DNA of 64,000 bases from the human T2T-CHM13v2.0 reference genome, Homo sapiens, in the NCBI RefSeq assembly GCF_009914755.1, contig NC_060925.1. One strand, given 5' to 3'. Below are positions 19,536-32,204 of this stretch, in pieces. Both the position numbers and the translations under genes were made by a program. The notes under the pieces are model-generated. The model had not been told where the DNA came from, searched no databases, and worked only from the letters and a program-made list of their open reading frames with translations. Numbering within the stretch: position 1 is the first letter of the stretch; the number at the start of each line of letters is the position of its first letter.

Positions 19536-21064
19536 AGTGTTAAATAAAATCTGTGCTGGGAAAAGGCCTAGAACGTTGCTTTAAAATGGTTAGATTAAAA
19601 GCATTGCCGAAATAATAAATTAGTATGTGAGTCATCATGATGAGTTTCAATAACGGTAATAAGCTAATAATTGTGGTTTCACTTGTAAGTTAAAAATGCT
19701 TGGGTTTCTTCAGGTCTTTTGTGCTATGTAGAGGTTCATGGACACCACAGGCTTTCTTTTATTTCAATCAATGGATATCTTATGTCCCCAAAAGATTTTT
19801 TTAGTGGTCAGGGAATTCTCATCCATTTACTTATTTTCAGCCTTTTATACGCTATGACTTTTTAGAGTTTTTTCTCCTCATCTCTTCCAAAAAAATCCTT
19901 CTGGGTGATTTTGCAAATATTGTCACCCTTAATCTCAGTTCATATCAAACTAGAAAAATCATTTGCAACTATCTGAAACCTAAAGTTTATTAAATGTACC
20001 TGAGACAGCTTAAAAATATCCAGAAATGTTCTGATATTCCTAAAATATTTTTCCCATTTATTGAGAATCAGGAGCTCTAGATAACCATAATTGTTTAGTC
20101 TCTCTCTTCTTCTTCTTCTTACCTTTGGTCCTTCAGGGCCGTTTTGTCCAGGAATCCCAATATCTCCTGGAAAACCCTAGGGAATATAAAAATGTAGCGT
20201 TTATTCCATAGAAAATTACTTTAAATCCATTTAGCATATAAAATTCCCTTTGCTATTCCTCCATATCCAGTTAAAGCAATTTATAATCCTCAAAAATTCA
20301 ATATTGAAGATTAAGTTAGGCAGTTGTTTAACACTGGAATATAAAACTTACAAAGTGTACTAAAATAGAATTTACTCCATCAGTGATTCACAAACAATCC
20401 TGAGGTCCTCTAGTTCAGTTTAAGAGAGTAGAAGTCTCAGTCCAAAATTATCCACAATGTGGAAATAAGGCAAAAAGGTGTATGACATGTTCTTTCAACA
20501 TCATATGGGATATAGGGCTACCAAAGATTAGGTGAATGTACTTTGTTGGACTCACTATTTACTAACTACATGTTAACTTATAGATTTTTGTTAGGCAGAG
20601 ATGCAAACAACTTCTGTCTGATAAAAAAAAAAAACAGCACCCAAAATTATGGCTTAATATACAGGATTAATCAGTTTTGTATCTAACCCAACTATCTTAT
20701 TCTAACATCCCCATATTTAATTGTCTATAAATACTTAAGTCCTCAAAGGCTCTATGAACCATTATCTTACAAGTTCCATCATTAATTAATAAATTGAATA
20801 AAATCTTTGACCTGTGTTTACTTTAAATTTGCATGAGAATCATGATTTTACTTTTTTGGAAATTATATTAGCAGTCTAAAATACTTGGCTCAAGAAATGA
20901 AAAAGAAATAGAAATGGATCACAGTGTTAAATACAATCTATGCTGGGAAAAGGCCTAGAATGTTGCTTTAAAAGTATCAGATTAAAACTCTTGCTGAAAT
21001 AATTAGAGTGTGATTCATCAAATTATGATTCAATAATTGTAATAAGCTAGTAATTGTGGTTTCA
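19536..21064. repeat. ~145-bp direct repeat pair (19536-19681 and 20923-21064) flanking the 20123-20176 exon
   Basis: Shared perfect 20-mer tgctgggaaaaggcctagaa; ~80-85% identity by manual alignment. Confidence 0.92.
20123..20176 (-). CDS. COL24A1: Collagen exon, 54 bp: GFPGDIGIPGQNGPEGPK
   Basis: ttccctag|GGT...AAG|gtaaga; the spliced junction GPE-GFPGDIG matches the clade-C (COL24A1/COL27A1) sequence as I recall it; flanked by 29.5-kb and 16.2-kb introns. Confidence 0.95.
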
Positions 21065-22808
21065 TTTTATTGATTTTGTCATAGATTATTTTCCATTGAC
21101 ATTAGTGAAGGAAAAAAGTAAAAGAAGTATAAGAATCAGCATCTTTAAAAGTAAAGAAGGCTGAAATTAAAACGTGAACATCCACAAGAAAAGGTAGTTC
21201 AGTGAAGGGATAAGTTGTAATGGGAATAAAAAATATGAAGTAAGATGGAACAGCAAAGTTGTTTCTGGGATATTCATTCTGGAAAGAAAAACAAATAATA
21301 AGAAAATGATACCAACGTATCCAGTCTGGATTAGGACACGAATGCCTCGACTCAGATTTAAAGCTTGGATTCTGTGAGGAAAAATATAATTTGGGGACAT
21401 TTCTGGCAAAAGAAAAAGCAGTGGCAACAGAAAGATGATCACAAGATCAGATTTCTGAATGTTCTGGAATAGTTTAATACAGATATGTTTAATACAAACT
21501 TGTTGATTGCTTTACTAATCAAAGAAAATCAGGCTCACCTATGCTATTATTTGTATATATGGCAATTTTTAAAAAACTAGATTCTTTTCCTGATAATTTT
21601 ACACCCTTTCTCTAGAACACACCTTTTGTTAGTATGTTTTTTTGTGGGGGGGATTTCTTGTGGACTTGAATCAAGACACTTCTAGCTCCTGCTGTAACAC
21701 TAGCTAGTCTAAAATTGAACTTACTACCTTCTCCATTATGTTCCTCCCTCATCCTCTGTTCACTATTTGAGTGAATGTCACCTTGAGGTAATCCACCAGT
21801 TTCCAAGCCAAAAATCTGTATAACAGATTTTTCATATGCTTTGAATACTTTCATATTTTTGATATACTCTGAATACTTATTTTTCCCTCCCCACCACCAC
21901 CACGACCATCTTCCAATCATTTACTAAGCCCCATCCATTACATCTCCTAATTCACTGTCAGTCTGAACCACTTTTCTACAAACCTCCCTCCACAACCCTA
22001 GCGCAAGTCACTTTCTCTATTTTCCTATTGCTTATTCATGTTCCTATCCCCTGTAAAATTCATTTTCACTCTGTAGCCAGACTGATCATTCTATGGAATC
22101 TGAGCATGCCACTTTGTTACTGGCCTCAGAATAGAATCCAAATTCTTTAATACACAGTTTACAGGGTCTTTCGTGATTTGGTGGTCTCTATTTATCTCTC
22201 TTCTTTACTCTCTACCACCCAGCACTTCAGTCACTGAACAATTTTCATACTCTCATAATATATACTCTCTTTCAATTCTGGGCTTTTGCATATACTGTTT
22301 CCCTCACCTTGAATAATGTTCCCTTAAGTTTCCTCACCTAGAACACTTATGTTTTAACTAGACGACTGAATAACATTTTACTTGCAAACTTTTCTTTGAC
22401 CTCCATACCTTGAATTAGGTTGCTTCTAAGAACTCTCACACCATCCTGGGGTCCTATAAGGTCCCTTAATGTAGTGTTTTGGCTTGTTTTGTTTTCCTAA
22501 TCAGATTGTAAACTCTTTGAGTGCAGTTTTATGTTATTCACTTCCATATTCTCTGCAACTAGTACAATGCCTGATACACAGTAAGTGCTTAAAAAATGCT
22601 TTGTCGTTGTTGTAGTTGCTGCTGTTGAATGACTGGTTTGTTTTTTCTTTTCTTTTCTTTTTTTTTTGAAAGAAAGTACATGTTTCGTGGCTTGTTGTAG
22701 CCCCTCAGTACTGGCTTTCAGCCAATTTAGAGCATTTACTCATAGCATCTGCATGGATAAATCAATAAATCCTGTCCATCCTCCAGATAAGCCTGGAACA
22801 CACTATCA

Positions 22809-23140
22809 CAGCAGTCTCCAACCTTTTTGGCACCAGTTTCATGGAAGACAATTTTTCCATAAGATTGCGGCATGGAGGATAGTTTCGGGATGAAACTGTT
22901 CTGCTTCAGATCATCAGGCATTAGACTCTCATAAGGAGCATGCAACCTAGATCCCTCACACGTGCAGTTCACAACAGGGTTCGTGCTCCTATGAGACTCT
23001 AATGCTGCCGCTGATCTGACAGGAGGTGAAGCTCAGGCAGTAATGCTTGCTCACCTGCCACTCACTTCCTGCTGTGCAGCCCAGTTCCTAACAGGTCACA
23101 AACCAGTACAGGTCCACAGCCCAGGTGTTAGGGGCCCCTG
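22809..23140 (+). mobile_element. MER1B-like hAT transposon, complete
   Basis: Both TIRs present; 8-bp TSD cactatca / cagtatca. Confidence 0.92.
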
Positions 23141-23149
23141 CAGTATCAT

Positions 23150-24145
23150 GCCAGAAAACAAGAAAGCTTTCGAAGGTATCAAAAGTAGAGTCATATTAAA
23201 AACGCTTAGTAGGTGCTTGAAGAGGATCCCCTCGGCCAGATATGGGACAATATGAACTTCAACAAGGATAAGAACTACAATGGATTGAAACACATCAAAT
23301 ATGTTTAAGTTCATAAGTTCATAATGATACAACAACAAAAACTGTCCACGTTCAAAGGATGAAAGGAGGCTCACTCATTATCTTGAAACATGGTAAACAA
23401 AGGTGAAGAATCAAGAATTTGTTCTGCCTTAGTGTACCACTAGTAACCAAACAGTAGATGAAGGGATGTATTCCAGCCAGTAAGTGAAAAAGAAAGAAGA
23501 GGATTAAAAAAATCTCCATTTTGCAATGATACAAATAATCTAATTGATCTAGGCACTGAGCATCAACTATTACTAACATCACACACACAAAAAGAGATCA
23601 CCAGACATTATGTGCTTCCTGATAAAAGAACAGAATACCACTGATTGTCTTGCCAAAAACAAACCTGAATATGGTAAGGTCTCTATATGTGACTACCAAT
23701 TTGCAGGAAACACACAGGACCAAGAAACAGGCAGAACTACACCATGAGACTATAATCAGCAAAATCCAGACTGTGGGAAACTACAGATCAAATGATTGGG
23801 GAGCTTCAACAACTAAATTTTAAGGGGGAAAACAGGGAATAGAGAGAGAACTTGTAGAGTGAAAGACATAGGAAATAAAACAAATAAGCCTAAATTATAG
23901 TTTTTAAAGATGCACACTTGTGTGATAAACTATGTTTTAAAAAGGAGGAACTGCTTACTTTTGGGAGGAGAGCTGGGCTTGTGGTTTCATGGGGCACATA
24001 ATGGCTTCTGGTGGTAACTGTCAGTTTTAGTCTTGACCTGTGTGGTAGTTACAAGAGTCTGTCTTATAATTGTTTGTGATATACATTTGTTTTGTATAGT
24101 TTTATGTGTCTATGTTTTACTTTACAATAAAACGGTAAGAAAAAA
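23150..24145 (+). mobile_element. L1MC4/5-like 3' end
   Basis: aatctccattttgcaa...tcagcaaaatccagactgtgggaaacta; ends tttacaataaaa. Confidence 0.7.
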
Positions 24146-24379
24146 TTTGCTGGGGTGACTTCTGGGTAAACATGCAACACTGAATATACGTGTGAATCTC
24201 TGCTCCTTAAAACGTCATTAAAGTATCAGTGGAGAAATATTAAAAAGACAAAGTGGTAAGGTCAAGGATAATAGAAGAAAAAGATGTCAACACAGCTGAT
24301 CTCATAGTATAGTCATACAAGCTGAATATTTTAAAATTGAAACTTTATTGAAAAGCTAACAAATATATAAGCACAAGTT

Positions 24380-24815
24380 TATTTTTTATTTTTTATTTTT
24401 ATTGGCTTGTATTTATTTATTTATTTTATTATTTTATTATTTTTTATTATACTTTAAGTTTTAGAGTACATGTGCACAATGTGCAGGTTTGTTACATATG
24501 TTACATATGTAACAACATGTGCCATGTTGGTGTGCTGCACCCATTAACTCTTCATTTAACACTAGGTATATCTCCTAATGCTATCCCTCTCCACTCCCCC
24601 CACCCCACAACAGGCCCCAGTGTGTGATGTTCCCCTTCCTGTGTCCATGTGTTCTCATTGTTCAATTCCCACCTATGAGTGAGAACATGCGGTGTTTGGT
24701 TTTTCGTCCTTGCGATAGTTTGCTGAGAATGATGGTTTCCAGCTTCATCCATGTCCCTACAAAGGACATGAACTCATCATTTTTTATGGCTGCATAGTAT
24801 TCCATGGTGTATATG
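24380..24815 (-). mobile_element. Young 5'-truncated L1PA (about L1PA3/4) 3' end, sense to the host gene
   Basis: ttattatactttaagttttag...ccttgcgatagtttgctgagaatgatgg; TSD ataagcacaagtt (24367-24379, 24816-24828). Confidence 0.95.
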
Positions 24816-25829
24816 ATAAGCACAAGTTATTAAAAGGAGGAGAAAGATCTCTATTTCCTTCCCACATAGGAGAGCTTAGAACCCTGGCCAAAGAAACTTT
24901 TCATTATTTTAAAAATTCATACCTAGATTACTACCAAGTAGAGACCTTGCCTTTTAAATAATACATTTCAATATGTTAAAACCAGAGTTAACTGTATCAA
25001 CTGAACATTAATGATAACGTACCTATAAAGGAAACCTTTTTTTTAAACACACTCAAAATGTACATCAAATAACATGGACATCTTTGCCAAGTAGCAAAAT
25101 TTCAGAAAGCTTACAGATTGAAAAATAAAAAGTACGTCATTAGAGTCCATACTTTTCATTTCTAAAAACTACATTAGCATGAAACGATACAGGAAGAAAA
25201 GTAAAAACAAAAATCTGATAAAGATGCTCTAATTCATTTTTATAAATTTAAAATAATTTAGAAAACATTAATAAGTCCAAACATTTTCTCTCACAATGTG
25301 TTTTACCACCTCAGTTAAGTCATCCTATCAGAATTTAAAATATAATACCTTAGTGAAGGAAAGAAACAGCAGTCTGGCTTCTGGTGTCTTCTTAATAGAA
25401 CTAGTCTGACCACCAATTTTTACCAAGAAGCAGAAAAAAGAAGTAGTTTTAAAAATAGTATGTGAAAATATGTCTTCTGTTTTCAGACCCTTCACATCTG
25501 TTTGCCGTACTGAGAAGAGTGACTCAGCATTCTCTCCAGTAAAAACAAAGTTTTATTATTCTATAATCACTAGAGGCTGGAGACTAATTCACATGCATTT
25601 TTTTTTTAAAGCAAAACCTGGGAACCGAAGCACTAGCAGATTCCATTAGTTTCCTGGGAAATCATAAAAGTAAAATATTATCATTCTTATTTGGCAGTAG
25701 CCAGAAGCTTGGAAGCTAGAGTGTCCTAACAGAATACATTATATTATGCGCTACATACATTGAGCACTTTAATAGTTTTCCAATAGAAGTGTTAGAGTAT
25801 CTGTTTTCTATTGAAATATATAGTCCCTC

Positions 25830-26268
25830 AAGTTAAAAAATGGTAAGTGGATAAACTTATACACATATACACAAACTAATTACAATATATCCATAAAACG
25901 AACAGCCTAGATGTGGCAACCTAGACGAATCTCAAATGTCTTATGCTAAGTGAAAGAAGCCAGACAAAAAAAAAAGAGTACATACTATGTGAGTCAGTTT
26001 ATATAAAGACTTTAGAAAATTCCAATTAATCTCGAGTGACAAAGAGCAGATCAGAAGTAGCATGGAAAGGGAGAAGACAAGAGGAACAGAAATAAAGTAT
26101 TATATAAAAAGTGAACAAGTAAATTACTGGGTTTGACAGATATGTTCATTATCTTGATCTTGGTGATGGTTTCACAGGTTATACATATGTCAAAAATTAT
26201 CAAATTGTAAAATTTAAATATAGGCAGCTTATTATATGTCAATTATACCTCAATGAGCCTGTAAAAAG
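25830..26268 (+). mobile_element. Old L1M (L1MD/ME-like) 3' end
   Basis: ttatgctaagtgaaagaagccagac...tatgtcaattatacctcaat. Confidence 0.8.
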
Positions 26269-27683
26269 AAAGGTATTTAGCATTGGGTATTTTAGATAAC
26301 CATATGCTTTATGGTAGGCAACATTTTTTAAGGATTTAAAGATCTTTAGAGAGAATATATAATATATTAGTTGAACTAGTTTTCAGATAAAATCAGTGTT
26401 GCTCAGATTTTGGCTTGTTTTAGAGGTAATAGCATGTTAAATTATAATAACAGCTTTAAAACAAATTACATATTTTGGAAAATTGAAACTTTTCTGATAT
26501 TTTGCAAGGTAGCTTTAAGATGTCCTGTTGTTATAGATAAGAGTGACACTTGGGCCATTTAACTCCCATGGAAAATTTCAATTATTGATTTAATATCCAC
26601 TGTGCTTTAAATATACAAGAACACAGCATAGTTTGGCTTAAATGTATCTTCTGAGTAGTTTATAAGTCTGAACAAAGTAGAGATGAATATAGCCCTTGGA
26701 AAAACAATCATTAAAAAAAGCTAAAAGATAAAATTAATAAAGGCAACATGTAAATTATGAATTCTTGAGGGCAAAGTTATGCAAAGCCTTGGCTGGTGTT
26801 GTGTATATATAGTATTATTGAATATATAGTTTATATTCAATAAACATTCAATGGCCTGAATTGATGACCAAATTAAAAATAAATCCTATTTGAATAATAA
26901 CTTTTTCAATTAGGCAGTTTCAAAGTTATCCTGAAAAAAAAAAAAAAAAAAACTAGCCTAGCTTCTACAGACAGGACTGAAATTTTACATATTCAAACGA
27001 GTAAGAATGTATGCAGAGGGAGAGAGGTTTTGTAAGAGGATAATTTGGTCTGAGACAAGGATGCAGGTTACACTCACAAGATTTTGTTTTCTAACATTTA
27101 TGGAAGCACATGTCATGTCAGTAATATGATGAGTCCAGGTAGGAAAGTAATAATAAAAAAGAAAAACATTAAAATAGCCTTTACTGAGTGAGAATAACCT
27201 ATCCAAAAGTTAATGCCAAAAAAATTTCAAAAGGCAAATGTAATAAATTCACTTTCCCAGTAATCTATAGAAACTAAACTTTAGCACAGGGAAGCATGCA
27301 AACTGCAAATGAAGGAAATATTCTGTCTTCTGAGGAAACCACAAACAGAAAATACAGTTTCTTGAAAATGCAAAATAATCCATCTAGGTATCTGCCTCTC
27401 CTTCATTTTCTTTTGCTGTTTTAGATCTAAAAGCCATCAAAACCAGGTATTTTCCATCATGATACTGCTGAGAAATTTAGTGACTACTGCTATTCATATA
27501 TTTTCCCTTCTGTAATTCTATGTATTTGAGCAGAAAATATAGCACAGCTCAATTCCATATGTGCAGCATCCTGAAAACTCAACAGAGAAAATCCACAAAA
27601 CTACAAAGACAATAAAATTCCTTATGACAAAACATATATTCTGTGTTCCAAATAAGACTTTTGTTTAGATAGTATTTACAGTA

Positions 27684-27911
27684 TTTTTTTTAAAAAAGAT
27701 TGATTCTTGCTCTGTCAATCAAGCTGGAGTACAGTGGCATGATCACAGGTGTGTGCCACCACGTTCAGCTAATTAAAAAAAATTTTTTTTTTTTAGAGAT
27801 GTGGTCTCGTTTTGTTGCCCAGGCTGGTCTTGAACTTCTGGCCTCAAGTGATACTCTTGCTTCAGACTCCCAAGTAGCTAAGATTAGAGATACAAGCGAT
27901 CTGTGCCCAGA
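27684..27911 (-). mobile_element. AluJ with internal deletion
   Basis: gttgcccaggctggtcttgaact; right arm shortened. Confidence 0.85.
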
Positions 27912-28205
27912 TATTCACAGTGTTTTTAACATCACTTTTAAAGGAAACTACAAAGTTAGCTGGAAAGTCTACTTTTAGTCTTCTAAAGTCCACATAAAAT
28001 TATAGTTAAGTTATAATTCAAAAATAAACTATTCTGGCCATTATTTGATATTTAGGTTTGGATAATCCATAGTGACAAAAAGCAGATCCCCCCATGGTAC
28101 CCTGAGGAGGGAGGGGGGAAGGAGAGGCAGAAAAGAAGGATTACAAATGTAAACAAGAAAATTTGGGGGTTTGATGGGTGTGTTCACTATCCTGATTTTG
28201 TTCAT

Positions 28206-28556
28206 TGATATGGTTTGGGTCTGTGTCCCTATGTTGGAGGTGGGGCCTGGTGGGAGGTGACTGAATCATGGGGGCAGATTTCACCCTCAGTGCTGCTCTC
28301 ATGATACTGAGTGCTTGCAAGATTTGGTTGTTTAGAAGTGTGTGGCACCTCTCCCTTCTCTCTTCCTCCTGCTCCGGCCACGTAAGATGTTTCTGCTTAC
28401 CCTTCGCCTTCTACCATGGTTGTTAAGTTTCCTGGGGCCTCCCCAACCATGCTTCCTGTACAGCCTGCATAACTGTGAGCCAATTAAACCTCTTTTCTTT
28501 ATAAATTACTCAGTCTCAGGTATTTCTTTATAGCAGTACGAGAATGGATGAATACA
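28206..28556 (+). mobile_element. MST-type MaLR solo LTR inserted in a duplicated L1M 3' end
   Basis: tgatatggtttgg...gagccaattaaacctcttttctttataaattac...aataca. Confidence 0.9.
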
Positions 28557-28919
28557 GTGATGGTTTCACAATTTATACATATGTCAAAAGTTATCAAATT
28601 TTACCACATATAACTTTGTTATATGTTAACTATACCTCTATAAAGCTGCAACAAAAAAAGGTAATTGGTATTAGGTGTTTCAGATGCTCCTTTTTGGTAG
28701 GCAACAGTTGGTAATAATTCGAAGATCTTTTGAGAGAAAATAGAAATTATTTATTGAACTTGTCCCCAGATAAAATCAGTGGAGCTCAGATTTTGAATTG
28801 TTTGAAGGTAACAGCATAACCATTATTTACTGCATATTTTTGGCTAAGTATAATTATAGGTACTCAATATCTATATATCTGTCTCAGAATTCTTATAAAT
28901 ATCTTAAGAATATCAATTC

Positions 28920-29205
<286 letters not shown>

Positions 29206-29534
29206 TTAACTTAGTCAAGACAAGACGTAGTTACTATGTATCAGGCACTGTTCTTGCACTGATCACATACTAGAAAACAAACAAAAAGATTCCTTGGTTT
29301 CATAGAATGTATATTCTGGAGACTGTTTATCTCAGAGATTCTCTCCCTTTCAATGTGTGTATGTTTGCAGCATGGAGTGGGAAGTTAGGTGATTAAAAAA
29401 GATTTATATTGTTATGAGGAACTGGCATGTCTCAATTACCTACTTTTGTTTTAGATACACAGCTATGGGTCTATGGTCACTCTATGTTGTTTCACATTCT
29501 CTCTTTCTTCAAATGGGATATCTTGTTTTCTTTC

Positions 29535-29567
29535 ATATATATATGTGTGTGTGTATATATATATATA

Positions 29568-29603
<36 letters not shown>
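29535..29603. repeat. Compound (TA)n/(TG)n microsatellite
   Basis: Directly visible alternating blocks. Confidence 0.95.
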
Positions 29604-29869
29604 CCAGTTAGTAGAAATGTATACAGGTACTTAGGCCTCATTGAAAATAATGCATCTTACCCTGAGAACTTGGCCTTAGACATGTAAGCAATAATTGGCC
29701 AGTACCTTGGGGTACTTTCCTTTGGAGAAAGGAGAGTGCATTTTCAGCTGTGTAGGTGCCTGCACTATGTTAGGCAAAGGCACGTTTAAAACTGTATAAG
29801 TAGCAAGAGGGTATAAGTAGATATTGGGCAATAAAGATGTGAAATGTAGAGGACATGTCTTCAATCTGC

Positions 29870-30663
29870 TAAAAATCTCTTTGGGGAAACATTATTCCCC
29901 ATTTCTCAGTCCATGTACTCTCGTCCCCATCCCAGTTTCCAGGGGTGGGAAAATGACCTAAATCTTGCAAATTACAGTATTCCTATTCCATTGCTATTGC
30001 AATTGATTGAAAGATGATCATGTGGGCCGGGCGCAGTGACTCACACCTGTAATCCCAGCACTTTGGGAGGCCAACTTGGGTGGATCACAAGGTCAGGAGT
30101 TCGAGACCATCCTGGCCAACATGGTGAAACCTCATCTCTACTAAAAATACAAAAATTAGCTGGGTGCGGTGACATGCGCCTGTAGTCCCAACTACTCAGA
30201 GGCTGAGGCAGGAGAATCGCTTGAACCCAGAGGCGGAGGTTGCAGTGAGCCAAGATCGCGCCACTGCACTCCAGCCTGGCTACAGAAAAAAAAAAAAAAA
30301 GATGATTATGTGGTCAAAGCCTGATTGGCTGGAGTCTCCTAAGAACTTTTGCTAGAGATATAAGGAAAAAAAGAGTGCTTTCTTTTTGCTTAGATTGCTA
30401 AATCTGAGGGCAACAGAAGCCTAGAGTTGCCAATGACCACTTTTTCTACAGTGTGTTCCTGTGAATGTAGCCAACAGAGAAATGCCAGGATAAGATTTAC
30501 AGAGTGTCTTGGTTATATTCATCAAGTTCCTGTACCTAGCCAAGTCTCTAGACACATACACTCCTGGACTTCCTGATTTTATTTGCCAATTCTGATTTTT
30601 TTAACTTAAAACTGTTCAAACTGAGTTTCTGTCACTTGCAATGGAAAAAGACCTGACTAAAAC
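29870..30663 (+). mobile_element. Old MLT1-type LTR interrupted by an Alu
   Basis: Ends gagtttctgtcacttgcaatggaaaaagacctgactaaaaca. Confidence 0.65.
30025..30300 (+). mobile_element. AluS (Sc/Sg-like)
   Basis: ggatcacaaggtcaggag; TSD aagatgat(c/t)atgtg. Confidence 0.95.
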
Positions 30664-31080
30664 ATTGAACTATTTGCAGTTTTCTACATACATCTAGCTT
30701 CTTCACACATCTGTGCTTTTACAAATGCTGTTTCCTCTGGCTGGAATGCCCTTGCCCTCTGTTTCTACTTGATAAATCCCTACTATTTCTTCAAGTCACT
30801 GCTCAAACACCCATGTACTCCATGCCCCTGGTTCTTGCACCACGTAACTTGTTACCCACTCAAATGTAATATGATCTATGAAAACTTTCACAATCCACCT
30901 TAGTCAGAATCAGCACTGATTATTTTATATCCATACACAACTCTGTTAATATGGCTAGTTAGCATTATTCATACTATACTGTAATTAAGGGCATGTTTCT
31001 CTATTCCAATAAAATGTAAGCTCATGCAGGAAAAGGAATGTATCTGACCCATTTTTGTACCTCCAATATTTAACTTCACA

Positions 31081-31860
31081 TGTCACTGGGAGATAATTCT
31101 TCATTGGTCCCTTGCATTTCCACACATTCTGCAAATGAGGTATTGACTTTGCATTATTCCAGTCACTCTCTTCAGAGATTTTTGCATTGCTTCCTGAAGC
31201 AAAGGGCAGGAAGGAATGCGTACTGTCCAAGATAACGAGATAATATCTCTCTGGAATACATTATCTTTTCTGACTGCCCATTATAAAAGATTTAGGCTCC
31301 TTAAACTTCAGATTCCTCTTATGTAATGCAACCTACCGCATATGCAAGTATCATCTAGCCCTCTTCTTGTCACCCTGTGGGAAGTGGGGCTCAGTGAATC
31401 AGTGCAAAAAAGTTGACACTCTGGAAAGTGCTTTTGCCAAGAGTAATAAACTATCTTTTGTCATTGTTCTAGGAGCTTGTGTCTTTTACCAGAATCATTG
31501 AAACTGTCAGGCTAAATTGTTGGCTTGCAAATGGAATAAAATCTCCGATTCTGACAATTTTGGTGATGAAGATGGGATACTGATAGAGACATAGCTTTCT
31601 GGAGGAGGAAGTATTAGGGCCTCACAGATGATTAACAGGATTTGAGAGAAGCCCATGGGAAATGGCAATGAATATGTAAACCAAATATATGGTCAACCAG
31701 GCAATAAATGGTCCTCCACTTTATTGCCTGTTTAGAGGAGGTACTGGGAGAGACAGCTTCAGGCCAAGTACAGGGAAATAAGTTCAAAGGGCAGAAAGAC
31801 TTCCTCATCAATCTGGTGAACAGTTTCAGGTTTGCAACATTGTAACAACTAGTACTAAGA
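31081..31860 (+). mobile_element. ERV 5' LTR (MER89/LTR47-like, 31081-31556) with primer-binding site and start of internal region
   Basis: TG...CA ends, ttataaaa, aataaa, then PBS tggtgatgaagatgggat at 31561-31578. Confidence 0.75.
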
Positions 31861-31864
31861 TTCC

Positions 31865-32204
31865 AGCTGGGGGCAGTGGCTCACACCTGTAGTCCCAGCA
31901 CTTTGGGAGGCTGAGGTGGGCAGATAGGCAGATAGCTTGACTAGCCTGGGTAACACAATGAAAACCCATCTCTACAAAAATAAAAAATAAAAAACTTAGC
32001 TGAGTGTGGTAGTGCATGCCTGTGGTCCAAGCTATTTGAGACGTTGAGGTGGGAGGACTGCTTGAGCCTGGAGGCTGCAGCTGCAGTGGCCGTGATCACG
32101 CCACTCTAGCCTGGGTGGGCAACAGAACAAGACCCTGTCTCACTAAAATAAAATAAAGTAAAATAAAATAAAATAAAATAAAAAAGAAAAGAAAAGAAAA
32201 AAAA
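31865..32204 (+). mobile_element. AluJ with (TAAAA)n tail
   Basis: Dimeric Alu; TSD aagattc. Confidence 0.9.

Noticed and set aside
29655-29760. Possible cryptic exon with a good minus-strand donor (cagg|gtaaga at ~29660)
   Set aside because: Acceptor lacks a convincing pyrimidine tract and there is no Gly-X-Y content; compatible with chance
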